Below the pieces are notes generated by a model that was given only the letters and a program-made list of their open reading frames with translations, ran no database searches and was not told where the DNA came from. A DNA stretch of 36,209 bases from a virus (taxonomy: Duplodnaviria > Caudoviricetes). Both the position numbers and the translations under genes were made by a program. The stretch lies in the IMG/VR virus record IMGVR_UViG_3300034420_000018, positions 1-36,209 of that record, one strand, 5' to 3'. Shown piece after piece: positions 1 through 8,141 of this stretch (position 1 is its first letter; each line of letters begins with the position of its first letter).

Positions 1-168
1 TAGAGCGAACAGCAAGCACGCAACCGCGATGACGGCGGTGACGACGGCGGCGGAGCCGTACTGGAACAGCTTGAGGCGCAGGTCCGCGTTCTCTTTTTCG
101 GCTTGGAGGGCACGCTTCTTCCAGCGCATCCGGACCTGTCGTTTCACGGTTTCTACGGGGTCTGACAT
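1..168 (-). CDS. Hypothetical membrane protein (3' end outside window)
   Basis: Manual translation MSDPVETVKRQVRMRWKKRALQAEKENADLRLKLFQYGSAAVVTAVIAVACLLFAL: coiled coil followed by a hydrophobic helix. Confidence 0.6.
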   Translation of the reverse strand, partial: MSDPVETVKRQVRMRWKKRALQAEKENADLRLKLFQYGSAAVVTAVIAVACLLFAL

Positions 169-572
169 TCAGTGCTCTCGGGTTCGGGGGTATAGGCAGA
201 GTGCTTCGCGAGTTTGCGGCGGTACGGGGACGGGTCACAGGTCTTGCACCAAGCTGGGGGCTTCCTCCACGTCCGGTTGCGGTAGATGCGGTAGAAGATT
301 TCGTTGCCGCAGGTTTCGCAGGGGCACGATCTCACGTCCGCTGAAATCTGGCGGTAGGCGACAGGCGCGATGCGGGATTCGTAGAACGCCTTGCCCCGTT
401 CGTCCATCGACTGCCACTGGAGGGCGGACAGGATCAGGAACCGTTTGCCCTGCCACGTCCGCGCGGCGAGCGTCAGCGCGTCGTCGCGGTCGGTTGCGGT
501 GACGACGCCTAAGAACTCAGCGGGTTTCTCGCCCTTGGGTTCGATGTAGACCCGCCACTCCATCGGCTTCAC
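153..572 (-). CDS. Hypothetical protein with C-terminal zinc-ribbon motif
   Basis: GTG at 572 overlaps the upstream stop (GTGA); CETC...CKTC motif. Confidence 0.65.
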   Translation of the reverse strand: MKPMEWRVYIEPKGEKPAEFLGVVTATDRDDALTLAARTWQGKRFLILSALQWQSMDERGKAFYESRIAPVAYRQISADVRSCPCETCGNEIFYRIYRNRTWRKPPAWCKTCDPSPYRRKLAKHSAYTPEPESTECQTP

Positions 573-874
573 GACGCCTTCCGGTGTCTGTTCCTGCGGT
601 TCTGTTCCGCGCGGAGGTGCTTCCACTGGGGCACGCACCATTCCAGCACCTCGTCTTCGTCCGCTTCCATGAGGGCGTCCGCTGCATCGCTGGCACAGTC
701 GGCGGCCCCATCGGGGGCGGTTTCGCTGTAGCGCCACGCGGCCATCGCGTCACGGGCACGATAGAACTCGGCGTGCCTCCGAAGGAACGCAATCGTATTG
801 GCAAGGTGCGAGTCAGACATGTCGGCGATGGGGACCGTCTTACCGTCGCGCGTCGTCCACGTCGGCTTTCTCAC
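569..874 (-). CDS. Hypothetical phage protein
   Basis: WTTRDG..IADMSDSHLANTIAFL motif seen in small phage proteins; coupled to both neighbours. Confidence 0.75.
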   Translation of the reverse strand: MRKPTWTTRDGKTVPIADMSDSHLANTIAFLRRHAEFYRARDAMAAWRYSETAPDGAADCASDAADALMEADEDEVLEWCVPQWKHLRAEQNRRNRHRKAS

Positions 875-1041
875 GGGGTCGTCCTCGGCTGGAAGCAGTC
901 ACGGAACAGCGCGGTCATCCGTTCGGTGGGCGTTAGGAGTGCGGGATCGCACCGCAAACAGCGGTCTTCGTCGTGCGGCGAGCGGGTGGCGTCGGTGAAC
1001 AGCGTCCCGCAGGCGTGGCACCGATTCAGCGTGATCTTCAC
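871..1041 (-). CDS. Small zinc-finger-like protein (56 aa)
   Basis: Manual translation VKITLNRCHACGTLF...DRCLRCDP; fills the gap exactly with GTGA overlaps at both ends. Confidence 0.65.
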   Translation of the reverse strand: MKITLNRCHACGTLFTDATRSPHDEDRCLRCDPALLTPTERMTALFRDCFQPRTTP

Positions 1042-1301
1042 TTGACGCTCCGTTCATTGAGTAACCAACGTGTCAGCACGTCCCGCCGCGCCTCTCCGGA
1101 CGCGCCGTAGTCGTACACGGGGTAGCCGTCGCCGTTCTGGTACACGACGTTCCACGCCTGTCGCCGCTCGTCCCACGCGACCGTCACGTGCAACGCCTCC
1201 AGCGCGTCGGCGATGCGCGTGTCGATATGCGTTTCGGTGTGCGTCGGCGTGGCGGTGCCCTCGTCTGCCGCGTCGTCGCCGGTATCGGCCCAGATTAGCA
1301 T
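1038..1301 (-). CDS. Hypothetical protein
   Basis: 87-aa ORF coupled to its neighbours. Confidence 0.7.
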   Translation of the reverse strand: MLIWADTGDDAADEGTATPTHTETHIDTRIADALEALHVTVAWDERRQAWNVVYQNGDGYPVYDYGASGEARRDVLTRWLLNERSVK

Positions 1302-1579
1302 TACGGCATCCTCGCGGCGTCAATGGTAGACGGATGGTTGACAGCCGCCTTCCCCGTTGATTGCACCCAGTCTCCAATCGTGGACGTGCGGCGATAGTCG
1401 GGGCAGATCGTGACGTATCGCGCGCTCCCGTTGTCGTAGAAACGGTAGACCTTGCACCCGTCAATGGTCAGCAGGAGGTCTACGCTGATGTTGGCGTTGT
1501 CGGACGGGCGACTATCAATCGCGGGTTGTTTGCACCCGCACACCAAAAGAACCAGCGCACCTAACGCAACGAGTCTCAC
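1301..1579 (-). CDS. Putative lipoprotein, DUF4884-like
   Basis: Signal peptide with lipobox-like LLVCGC; LLTIDGCKVYRFYDNG motif. Confidence 0.7.
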   Translation of the reverse strand: MRLVALGALVLLVCGCKQPAIDSRPSDNANISVDLLLTIDGCKVYRFYDNGSARYVTICPDYRRTSTIGDWVQSTGKAAVNHPSTIDAARMP

Positions 1580-1770
1580 GGCATCCTCCGGTAGCGGGCG
1601 TAGAACTTCAGGACGGCGGCGACCCGTGCCGACTTGCGGGGATCGCGGGCGGTTCTCGCCACGTGCTGACGGCTTACCGGCGGCACCATGCGCTTCGCGA
1701 TATACGCAAAAACGTCGGGTCGATACGAGAGTAGCTTCAGGGCGAGAGGGGTGTCTTGGGGTGCGGTCAC
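1576..1770 (-). CDS. Small basic protein, possibly HTH DNA-binding
   Basis: GTG at 1770 overlaps the upstream stop; basic, with IAKRMVPPVSRQHVAR segment. Confidence 0.5.
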   Translation of the reverse strand: MTAPQDTPLALKLLSYRPDVFAYIAKRMVPPVSRQHVARTARDPRKSARVAAVLKFYARYRRMP

Positions 1771-2105
1771 TTGACGGCCCTCAACGCTTCGACCTGCGCC
1801 TGAAAGCGCGGCACGTCCTGTAGGCACTCGCTGATGGTGGGGCGAAGCGGAGATTCCACCCTGACCCCGCTGACGGTCATCTTGATTTGCCAACCCGCAA
1901 TCTCGTATCCGCACCCGTCCGTCATTCGCGTTTGCGCCATCACCGTCTTATCTGCGAGGAGGCGGACGAAGTTCTGCGCGTCAACGGGCGTGGAGACGGC
2001 GAGGACGCGAGTCATCCGCTCCTCGAAGGGGACCAGCGAAGTCCAGCCCCACACGATACGGGCCGAAACAAGGCCGACTGCAAGGCCGATCAAGAGCGGG
2101 ATCAC
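1767..2105 (-). CDS. Hypothetical protein with N-terminal membrane anchor
   Basis: GGAGGT RBS; MIPLLIGLAVGLVSARIVWGW hydrophobic start. Confidence 0.7.
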   Translation of the reverse strand: MIPLLIGLAVGLVSARIVWGWTSLVPFEERMTRVLAVSTPVDAQNFVRLLADKTVMAQTRMTDGCGYEIAGWQIKMTVSGVRVESPLRPTISECLQDVPRFQAQVEALRAVK

Positions 2106-2146
2106 GATACCTCCGTGGTGTCGGTCGGTGTCATAAGTTGAGTGGT

Positions 2147-2175
2147 ATAATGGGATGTCGGGCGGTGCCTGTCAA
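2147..2175 (-). promoter_or_regulatory. Sigma70-type promoter (leftward)
   Basis: On minus strand TTGACA (2175-2170), 17 nt, CATTAT (2152-2147); shares CCCTATTGACA with the promoter at 9833-9843. Confidence 0.65.
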
Positions 2176-2204
2176 TAGGGAAAGGCCGGATTTTTCGTGT
2201 TTTC

Positions 2205-2234
2205 TTGACTTTTTCGCAAGCTGGCGCTACACAT
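2205..2234 (+). promoter_or_regulatory. Possible sigma70-type promoter (rightward)
   Basis: TTGACT (2205-2210), 17 nt, TACACA(T); predicted start falls at about the ATG at 2241. Confidence 0.4.
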
Positions 2235-2240
2235 ACGTTT

Positions 2241-2420
2241 ATGGAGAACCCTACGGTCATCCTCGAATGTTACGGCGGCAGTCTCGACGGCCAGATGGTG
2301 CGGGTCGAGACGAGCGCGGAGTGCGTCCACGTCGGCGGCGAAATTTACCGCGTGGCGCGCGAAGATTCTGGCGCGCACGTTCTGGTCTTCGCGGGCGTCG
2401 AGCAGCCAGTTGCGGCCTAG
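2241..2420 (+). CDS. Small hypothetical protein (GGxLDG motif)
   Basis: MENPTVILECYGGSLDGQMVRV...; fills the gap between minus-strand units and ends 2 nt from the methylase stop. Confidence 0.6.
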   Translation: MENPTVILECYGGSLDGQMVRVETSAECVHVGGEIYRVAREDSGAHVLVFAGVEQPVAA

Positions 2421-2422
2421 TA

Positions 2423-3046
2423 TCATAAGCGCCCCCATTGTTCGGCCATCGCCCGCGCGATCCCCGGGAAGGTAACGCTCCTTGCGTTCGTCCTTTCCTG
2501 CGGGGGCAGCTTGTCAACCTCGCCGTGCATCCATGCGGGAAACGACTTGCCGCTCTTGAAGAAAATGCGCTCCCCCTTACCAGCGACTTCTCCCCCTAAC
2601 GACAGAAGCGGCGGCAACGCCTTGAGCCAGAGACACGTTGTCTTTGTTGCCCGATCCCCAAAGTGGTAGGGCTGAATAATCTGGTCCGGCTTGCGGTACA
2701 CTGTGGACATAATGCCCACCGGGTTCTCTAGCGCGATGCGCGGAACGGGTGCTTCCATCAAGGCGATAAAGAACGCAATGGCGTCGCGACGGTCTTGCCG
2801 GCGAGTCGGAAACCTTGCGGCGAACTCGGGCTTCATCCACTTGTTCCCGGTTACGGTCAAGTACGTGCAAGGGGGATGGCCTATCATCAAATCCCATCCC
2901 CTGTCAAGGAACCCGAACACGTCCCCGCACAGGTGGGGGCCATGTACAATGGTTTCTTGGATGTCGCACGACCACGCATCATGCCCTCGCGCCAAGAACG
3001 CATCCCGCACCACCCCTGAGAACTCGCACGCCACCAAGACTTTCAC
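2423..3046 (-). CDS. DNA cytosine-C5 methyltransferase (short phage type)
   Basis: MKVLVACEFSGVVRDAF SAM-binding start, catalytic GHPPC, ENPVG motif VI, C-terminal RSVTFPGIARAMAEQWG. Confidence 0.88.
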   Translation of the reverse strand: MKVLVACEFSGVVRDAFLARGHDAWSCDIQETIVHGPHLCGDVFGFLDRGWDLMIGHPPCTYLTVTGNKWMKPEFAARFPTRRQDRRDAIAFFIALMEAPVPRIALENPVGIMSTVYRKPDQIIQPYHFGDRATKTTCLWLKALPPLLSLGGEVAGKGERIFFKSGKSFPAWMHGEVDKLPPQERTNARSVTFPGIARAMAEQWGRL

Positions 3047-3210
3047 TTGACAATCCTACACGTCTGGATGGTCGGGTCGAGCGTTGGCGGCGAGTGGCGT
3101 TCGGCGTCGATGGCGAAGTAGATGAACGCCCCCGCGAAGCCGCACACCAACAGCCACAGGCAGATGCGGTCCCCGATGGCGAGCCATACGTTCACGCGGG
3201 AGTCGGTCAC
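3043..3210 (-). CDS. Small membrane protein (55 aa)
   Basis: Manual translation with ICLWLLVCGFAGAFIYFAI helix; GTGA overlaps at both ends. Confidence 0.6.
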   Translation of the reverse strand: MTDSRVNVWLAIGDRICLWLLVCGFAGAFIYFAIDAERHSPPTLDPTIQTCRIVK

Positions 3211-3500
3211 TTGGCCTCCTCGGTTCGGGGCGTAATGACGCTAGAGCGGGCGGCGTTGAACCCCCGCGTGATGTATCCCTTGCGCTCTAGGTTGGACAGG
3301 TGTTCGTGGACGGTCGCCAGCGACGTGAAATGGAACGCCGCGCAAATGTCCTCGAACGTCGGCATATAGCCGTGTTCGCCGTTGTACGTCTCCAGATACC
3401 GCAGGAGTTCGGCCTGTCGCTTGGTGAGTGTGCCCAGCACGTCGGCGGTGAGGTCGAAGTGCCCGCCGCACGAAGGGCATTGGACGGGGCGATAGGTCAC
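3207..3500 (-). CDS. Stand-alone LexA-type N-terminal DNA-binding domain with N-terminal CxxC
   Basis: LTKRQAELLRYL...GYMPTFEDIC...SLATVHEHLSNLERKGYITR matches the LexA winged helix; no Ala-Gly site or S24 peptidase domain. Confidence 0.88.
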   Translation of the reverse strand: MTYRPVQCPSCGGHFDLTADVLGTLTKRQAELLRYLETYNGEHGYMPTFEDICAAFHFTSLATVHEHLSNLERKGYITRGFNAARSSVITPRTEEAK

Positions 3501-3640
3501 GGCGTCGCCCGCGCGAGGAAGCAGGAGCCGATCAGGGCCACGATGACGAGGCCGAGGCAGATGCCGCCGACGAGTTCGCTGAACGTCACCTGATCGTCGC
3601 GCTTGCCCTGCTGGTTGAGGCCGAAGTTGCGAGGGGTCAT
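3497..3640 (-). CDS. Small membrane protein (47 aa)
   Basis: Manual translation with LVGGICLGLVIVALIGSCFLA helix; coupled at both ends. Confidence 0.6.
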   Translation of the reverse strand: MTPRNFGLNQQGKRDDQVTFSELVGGICLGLVIVALIGSCFLARATP

Positions 3641-3978
3641 TGGGATACCTTGTCGATGGTGACGGTGACGCCCGCGTTGCGGGGGCGGTCGTGCCGGTAG
3701 GCGTGGAGTTCCACGATCTGCGAGTCGTCCTCGTATGCGTGGCCGCGCAGCGAGTCGAGCAACTGCTTAGAACGGTTGTCGAGATCGCCCGACCTGCGGC
3801 CCCGATACCAATGGAAGGTCAGCGCGAGCGGCCCCGCGAGCGGCTTCAGCTTGGCGCGCTTGCACGCGGCGAGGACGGCGAGCCGGTACTGCACCGCCTC
3901 CAATGACAGGTAGGTGCGTCCCCGCGCGTGCCGCCAGTAACGGTTCGCGCTCGGCGGTTCAGGCAGGTCAAGCGTCAC
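3637..3978 (-). CDS. rusA: RusA-family Holliday junction resolvase
   Basis: LPEPPSANRYWR, GDLDNRSKQLLDSL, YEDDSQIV; GGAGG RBS before GTG 3978. Confidence 0.9.
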   Translation of the reverse strand: MTLDLPEPPSANRYWRHARGRTYLSLEAVQYRLAVLAACKRAKLKPLAGPLALTFHWYRGRRSGDLDNRSKQLLDSLRGHAYEDDSQIVELHAYRHDRPRNAGVTVTIDKVSQ

Positions 3979-4168
3979 GTTGCCTCCGATCCAGTTCGTC
4001 ACAGTCAATGGCAATCGGGGGTGCGAACACGGCGGGATCGCACGGCCAATGCTCGAAGGAGCGCGGGTAGTAGTCTTTCGTGTCAGGGGTGCGGCCACGG
4101 GCGGCGGCGGCGATGGCGTCGGTATCGGCCCGCGTGATGACGGTCACGGACGGGACGTATTTCGTCAC
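3968..4168 (-). CDS. Hypothetical protein
   Basis: GGAG RBS and GTG overlapping the upstream stop. Confidence 0.55.
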   Translation of the reverse strand: MTKYVPSVTVITRADTDAIAAAARGRTPDTKDYYPRSFEHWPCDPAVFAPPIAIDCDELDRRQRDA

Positions 4169-4512
4169 GGCGTCTCCGGCAGCGCGTCGATGGCCGCGAG
4201 GGCGTCGGACCGGCGAATGAAGTAGACGCCTTCGAGTTCCGCGTCCACAGTGCGGGGGCGCTCCTCGGCATCGCTCCAATGGCTGTACGCGGATACCGTG
4301 GCCGTCAGCCCTTTCACCCGCTCCACCGCCTCCCGTACCCGGTGCCGTTCGGCGAGACGCACGGCGAGGATCGCCTTGTCAACCTCGTCCATAATCGCGG
4401 CGAGGTCGTCGTGGTCAAGCGGGTTATCGCGGGTGTAGAGGCGGATAACCTGCTTCGCGTTGTCCCGCGCCTCCTCCACCGCCCGTTCGAGGGCCGTCAG
4501 GTCGCTAGACAT
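4165..4512 (-). CDS. Hypothetical protein
   Basis: MSSDLTALERAVEEA...; GAGGAG RBS. Confidence 0.65.
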   Translation of the reverse strand: MSSDLTALERAVEEARDNAKQVIRLYTRDNPLDHDDLAAIMDEVDKAILAVRLAERHRVREAVERVKGLTATVSAYSHWSDAEERPRTVDAELEGVYFIRRSDALAAIDALPETP

Positions 4513-4759
4513 GGGGTGTCTCCTCGGGGCCGCAGAGGGCGTCCACAAATCCGTCCCGTGTGGCCCATAGTTCCTCCTCGCACTCGGGGCCAGAGTTCTC
4601 CGGCCACCATTGCTCCACGCACTTCCGTACCACCAGACGGCGCAGCTTCGGCGAGTTGAGGTCGCGCACCATCTGAGGGCTTACGATCTTGGGTGAGATG
4701 CCAAGCGCCTCGCCTACGTCCTCCGCCGTGATGCGGTCGCGGCCTTGGGGGGCGGTCAT
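4505..4759 (-). CDS. Hypothetical protein, possible HTH
   Basis: ITAEDVGEALGISP resembles a helix-turn-helix. Confidence 0.55.
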   Translation of the reverse strand: MTAPQGRDRITAEDVGEALGISPKIVSPQMVRDLNSPKLRRLVVRKCVEQWWPENSGPECEEELWATRDGFVDALCGPEETPHV

Positions 4760-5100
4760 GGGCGGAACTCCGAAGCGTTGAGCAGTAGGTTCGTGCGGGA
4801 GCCTTCGGGTCTATGCGCCGTGGCCGCGCCCGTCTGGATGTATGGCGTTGGCTCGACGGTCGATTCCACTTGCCCGCCCTGCGGCAGTTCGGGCGTAGCG
4901 AATAGGCCGCGTATCACTTCGGGGCGAAGCAGTACGGTCGCGAAGTCCGTCGCGTCCTTGTTCGTCGGGAACTCTGTGGTGAAGTGTTTTCGCGCCCACG
5001 TCCACACGGCACGCGGCTCGACCCGCAACAGGCGGTGCCACCAGCGGGGACTTGGCGTGTGTGGCTGGCGCACGTAGAAACTCACGGTGTACTTGCTCAC
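4756..5100 (-). CDS. Hypothetical protein
   Basis: 114-aa ORF, coupled at both ends. Confidence 0.6.
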   Translation of the reverse strand: MSKYTVSFYVRQPHTPSPRWWHRLLRVEPRAVWTWARKHFTTEFPTNKDATDFATVLLRPEVIRGLFATPELPQGGQVESTVEPTPYIQTGAATAHRPEGSRTNLLLNASEFRP

Positions 5101-6140
5101 GGCTGGTCTCCGGTCTCGGGGGAACGGGCGGCGTCAATCGCGGCGCGAAGGTCATATGCCTTGCCGAACTCGTCATTTTCGCCGCATACGGTGAAGTAGC
5201 GCCCCTTGCGTGACCCGTCGTTGATAGGCGCAATTGATGCCGACAGTTTCTCCAGCCAATCCAGCCGCGCAGAGTCCATCGCCATCGCGTCAATCGTTTT
5301 CCGCTGGTCCGCAAGGGCTTCGAGTGCCACCTTCGTTACTCCTGTCACTCTCTCGACTTCAGCGCGGAGCGACAGAATCTCAGGGGGTGGGGCGGCGTAC
5401 AGGGGGCGCGTGAACTCTCCCTCGCGCCACGCCTTCGCATCAAGCCAGCCATCGAACCGCGCGTTGTCGTCACCGGGAATCACCCACGCTACCGGCTCCC
5501 CCGTCTCCCTCGCCTCGACCGCAGCCGCGCAGGGGCCGTCGTGTCCGTCGAGCAACACGCACGAATCGAGACTACGTTCCCCAACCGCGACCGTGTTGTT
5601 GCACCGCCGAGGGAGTTGTGCCAGCGCCTTGTCGGTGGCGATCTGTTCGGCGATGCTCGCCTCGACCGCAGGAGGGGCGGCAAAGAACGTCGCTTCCGTC
5701 CATTCGTCGCCGAGGTAAGCTCGCGCCTTGTCCACCCCGTCTTTGTGAAAGTACACAGAGCGCAAGCCAGTCAGCTTGTGCGTGAACAACCACACGTCCG
5801 GCGTTCCCGCAGGAGCCGAGGCGGTGCGAAGTAGCGAGAGAAGCTGTCGCGCCTCCTCGGTCGTAATCGGCGTCGTGTGTTTGTTCGTTGCGGCAATGCC
5901 GAGGCGAGGATGGTTGAACTCGTGCGTTGCCGCTTCGAGCCGATGCTCTAGCGGAATCTCATAGCTGCCATCAGGGAACGCAGGAGCCGAGGCGGCGAGG
6001 AAATGCTCGGCGTCAGAGCAGCACCGCCCGCAGGGGAACGGCGAGGTTCTGGGCATATGCCCTTGCGCCCGCCTCGCGCAGAACTCCTTGGCGAGTCGGT
6101 GCGTGAGTTCCTTACGCTCGTCCAGCGCTAGGTCAGTCAT
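5097..6140 (-). CDS. Mosaic multi-module early protein (Ead/Ea22/DUF551-like segments)
   Basis: GGAGG RBS before ATG 6140; EPVAW...PLYAAPP and DSARLDWLE...LRAAIDAAR modules; internal repeated linkers. Confidence 0.75.
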   Translation of the reverse strand: MTDLALDERKELTHRLAKEFCARRAQGHMPRTSPFPCGRCCSDAEHFLAASAPAFPDGSYEIPLEHRLEAATHEFNHPRLGIAATNKHTTPITTEEARQLLSLLRTASAPAGTPDVWLFTHKLTGLRSVYFHKDGVDKARAYLGDEWTEATFFAAPPAVEASIAEQIATDKALAQLPRRCNNTVAVGERSLDSCVLLDGHDGPCAAAVEARETGEPVAWVIPGDDNARFDGWLDAKAWREGEFTRPLYAAPPPEILSLRAEVERVTGVTKVALEALADQRKTIDAMAMDSARLDWLEKLSASIAPINDGSRKGRYFTVCGENDEFGKAYDLRAAIDAARSPETGDQP

Positions 6141-6273
6141 TGCGTCCTCCGTCGTTGACCCACCGCACCGCGCGGCGAGCGAGGGAAGTGCCGATAGCGA
6201 TGCCAACGATCCAGCAGGCGGCGTAGGCCCACGGGTGCGCATCTGCCAAGCGGAGCATCTTATCCCACATCAT
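6133..6273 (-). CDS. Small membrane protein
   Basis: MMWDKMLRLADAHPWAYAACWIVGIAIGTSLARR; AGGAG RBS. Confidence 0.55.
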   Translation of the reverse strand: MMWDKMLRLADAHPWAYAACWIVGIAIGTSLARRAVRWVNDGGRND

Positions 6274-6769
6274 TGTGCTTCTCCTGTTCTCGTGTGGGGA
6301 TGAGGGAGAGGAGGACTTCTTTCTTGAAGCTGATGGCATCCGTCCATCCGTTCCTGTTGCGACCATCGGAAAGTGCCTGACGCGCGAGTGCGTCTATGAT
6401 CTCCTCGACTTCGCTGCGGGTGGGGAGGGCGGGGGCGGAACGGAGGGCAAGGCGTTCGAGCGCGTACTGCTTTCGCATCTCCCTCTCTTGCGAATACGGC
6501 TCGTCGCAGGCCGTCGCGTAAGCATCAGCCGCCTGTTGCAACGTCCATCCATCAGCGTTGCGCGCCTCCCCCGCTGGCACGCCGTCCACGAGTCGGAGAG
6601 TCGAACGTGCCTGCGCTTCCGCCAGCACCAGCCGGAGGGCGTACTCGTCGGCGTCGCCGAAGGAAACCTCGTTCTGGAGTCTCCGGCACTCCGCGTCATT
6701 GTTGCGGAGCCAGTACAGGCGTTCGCTGAACCATTCCAGCGTGATCTTCCGAGTGTCAGGCGTACTCAT
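6260..6769 (-). CDS. Hypothetical modular protein
   Basis: 169-aa ORF with ATGA overlap and GGAG RBS. Confidence 0.7.
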   Translation of the reverse strand: MSTPDTRKITLEWFSERLYWLRNNDAECRRLQNEVSFGDADEYALRLVLAEAQARSTLRLVDGVPAGEARNADGWTLQQAADAYATACDEPYSQEREMRKQYALERLALRSAPALPTRSEVEEIIDALARQALSDGRNRNGWTDAISFKKEVLLSLIPTREQEKHNDVG

Positions 6770-6939
6770 TGCGGTGTCTCCGGTTCCGCCTCACGCTTGA
6801 GGCGCTCAAGGTGTTCGAGGGTGTGCGACTTGCCATCGTTGTCAATGGCTCCGGCGAGTGACACGGCATCATGTGCAACGGCAACGGGTAGCGTGACTAC
6901 GTTGACGACGGTGCGAACCAGCGCGCCAAAGAGCGTCAT
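6766..6939 (-). CDS. Small hypothetical protein
   Basis: MTLFGALVRTVVNVVTLPVAVAHDAVSLAG; ATGA overlap. Confidence 0.65.
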   Translation of the reverse strand: MTLFGALVRTVVNVVTLPVAVAHDAVSLAGAIDNDGKSHTLEHLERLKREAEPETPQ

Positions 6940-7394
6940 AGCTTCTCCGGTTCCGAGGACGGGGCTTCCCATCGGAGTTTGAGTTCGGTGTTTTCGGATG
7001 CCACGCGAGGGCGCGACTTGCACGACCATTCGCCGCCGCCCGCTTGGCCTACGCACTTCCATCCAGCTGCGCGAAGAGACGTGCCGCCTTCCTGCGCGAG
7101 CGTGTACGTCACCATACGCTTGTAGCCCATCGCCCGCGCCGCCCGCCACGCTGCGCCGTAGAGCATTGAGCAGGCGTTCTTCGCGCCGTCCGTCGCCACA
7201 CGGTTGACCTCGACCGTCCATCCGTCGTCCAAGTGCCGCGCCACCGGACGCCCGACGATGGCCACGCCGCGCACTTCGCCTTCACCGTCTGCCACGCCGA
7301 GTGCGAACTTGCCGCCCACGGTTGGCTTGTGGTGACGATGGACGCGCCGCACAAAGGCGTTGGCATCCTTCAGCGAAAGCGGCACGATCATCAC
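6936..7394 (-). CDS. XF1762-family protein (Mom-like, GNAT fold)
   Basis: ANAFVRRVHRHHKP, VGRPVARHLDDGWTVEVNR, NACSMLYGAAWRAARAMGY, GTSLRAAGW. Confidence 0.85.
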   Translation of the reverse strand: MMIVPLSLKDANAFVRRVHRHHKPTVGGKFALGVADGEGEVRGVAIVGRPVARHLDDGWTVEVNRVATDGAKNACSMLYGAAWRAARAMGYKRMVTYTLAQEGGTSLRAAGWKCVGQAGGGEWSCKSRPRVASENTELKLRWEAPSSEPEKL

Positions 7395-7876
7395 TTGGTG
7401 GGTTCCGAGGACGGGGCGGGACGAAGGGCGGCGTCAGACTCCTCTTGGTCAAGTCGCCGAAACGTCTCTCTCGCCGACGCTTCGATAAACCCTATGTCGT
7501 CATCAACGAACGATCTTTCTGGCAACTCCGAAGTCCGAAAGGAGTGCGTATACCCCGCACTCCCCTCCCCGCGCCCCTGCGGAGCCGTGAGAGTGGCAAG
7601 GGCTTCGCGGATCGTGTTGCGCTCGCCCATCGTCAGCGTCGAGCAGTCCGGACAGCACGCGATCTTCCCCTGAATGACGGCGGTAATCGCCGCAATCCGC
7701 GCCGCCCCACACCCTTCGCAGGTGTCCACGTCGGGCTGGCCCTCCCTGAGCGCCGAGAGGATGCGAGCGGCCTCCTCGTTGGTCAGCATCGCGTTCACGT
7801 CAGAGAACATCGGCCTCTGCGCCGCGTACTTCAGCTTCGCGATGTCTTCGGGCGTCGGCTGCGAGGGGTTAGGCAT
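7391..7876 (-). CDS. Hypothetical modular protein with Cys motifs
   Basis: CEGC...CCPDC; PQGRGE linker; ALRPAPSS C-terminus shared with 8138..8785. Confidence 0.7.
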   Translation of the reverse strand: MPNPSQPTPEDIAKLKYAAQRPMFSDVNAMLTNEEAARILSALREGQPDVDTCEGCGAARIAAITAVIQGKIACCPDCSTLTMGERNTIREALATLTAPQGRGEGSAGYTHSFRTSELPERSFVDDDIGFIEASARETFRRLDQEESDAALRPAPSSEPTK

Positions 7877-8141
7877 GGGGCACCTTCAGCGCGGCCACGT
7901 ACTCCACGGCAGCGAGGATGCGGGTGTAGCCAATGTCACCATGCGCCAGCACTCGCATGGCCTCCACGTCGTCCGCCGTCACTTCCGGCGCGGCAGGCCC
8001 ATCCACCAGTCGCACCACGTCGGCGCGGCAGGTGGGACAGGCCCACTCCTCGTTTTGGCGAAGTCCTTCATCGTGGCCCGACGCCTTGCAGAGATTGTGC
8101 GCGGCGAGTGTTCGATACACTTTCGTCAGTTCGCGTGTCAT
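7869..8141 (-). CDS. Hypothetical protein
   Basis: ATG 8141 overlaps the upstream stop; CPTC motif. Confidence 0.6.
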   Translation of the reverse strand: MTRELTKVYRTLAAHNLCKASGHDEGLRQNEEWACPTCRADVVRLVDGPAAPEVTADDVEAMRVLAHGDIGYTRILAAVEYVAALKVPHA

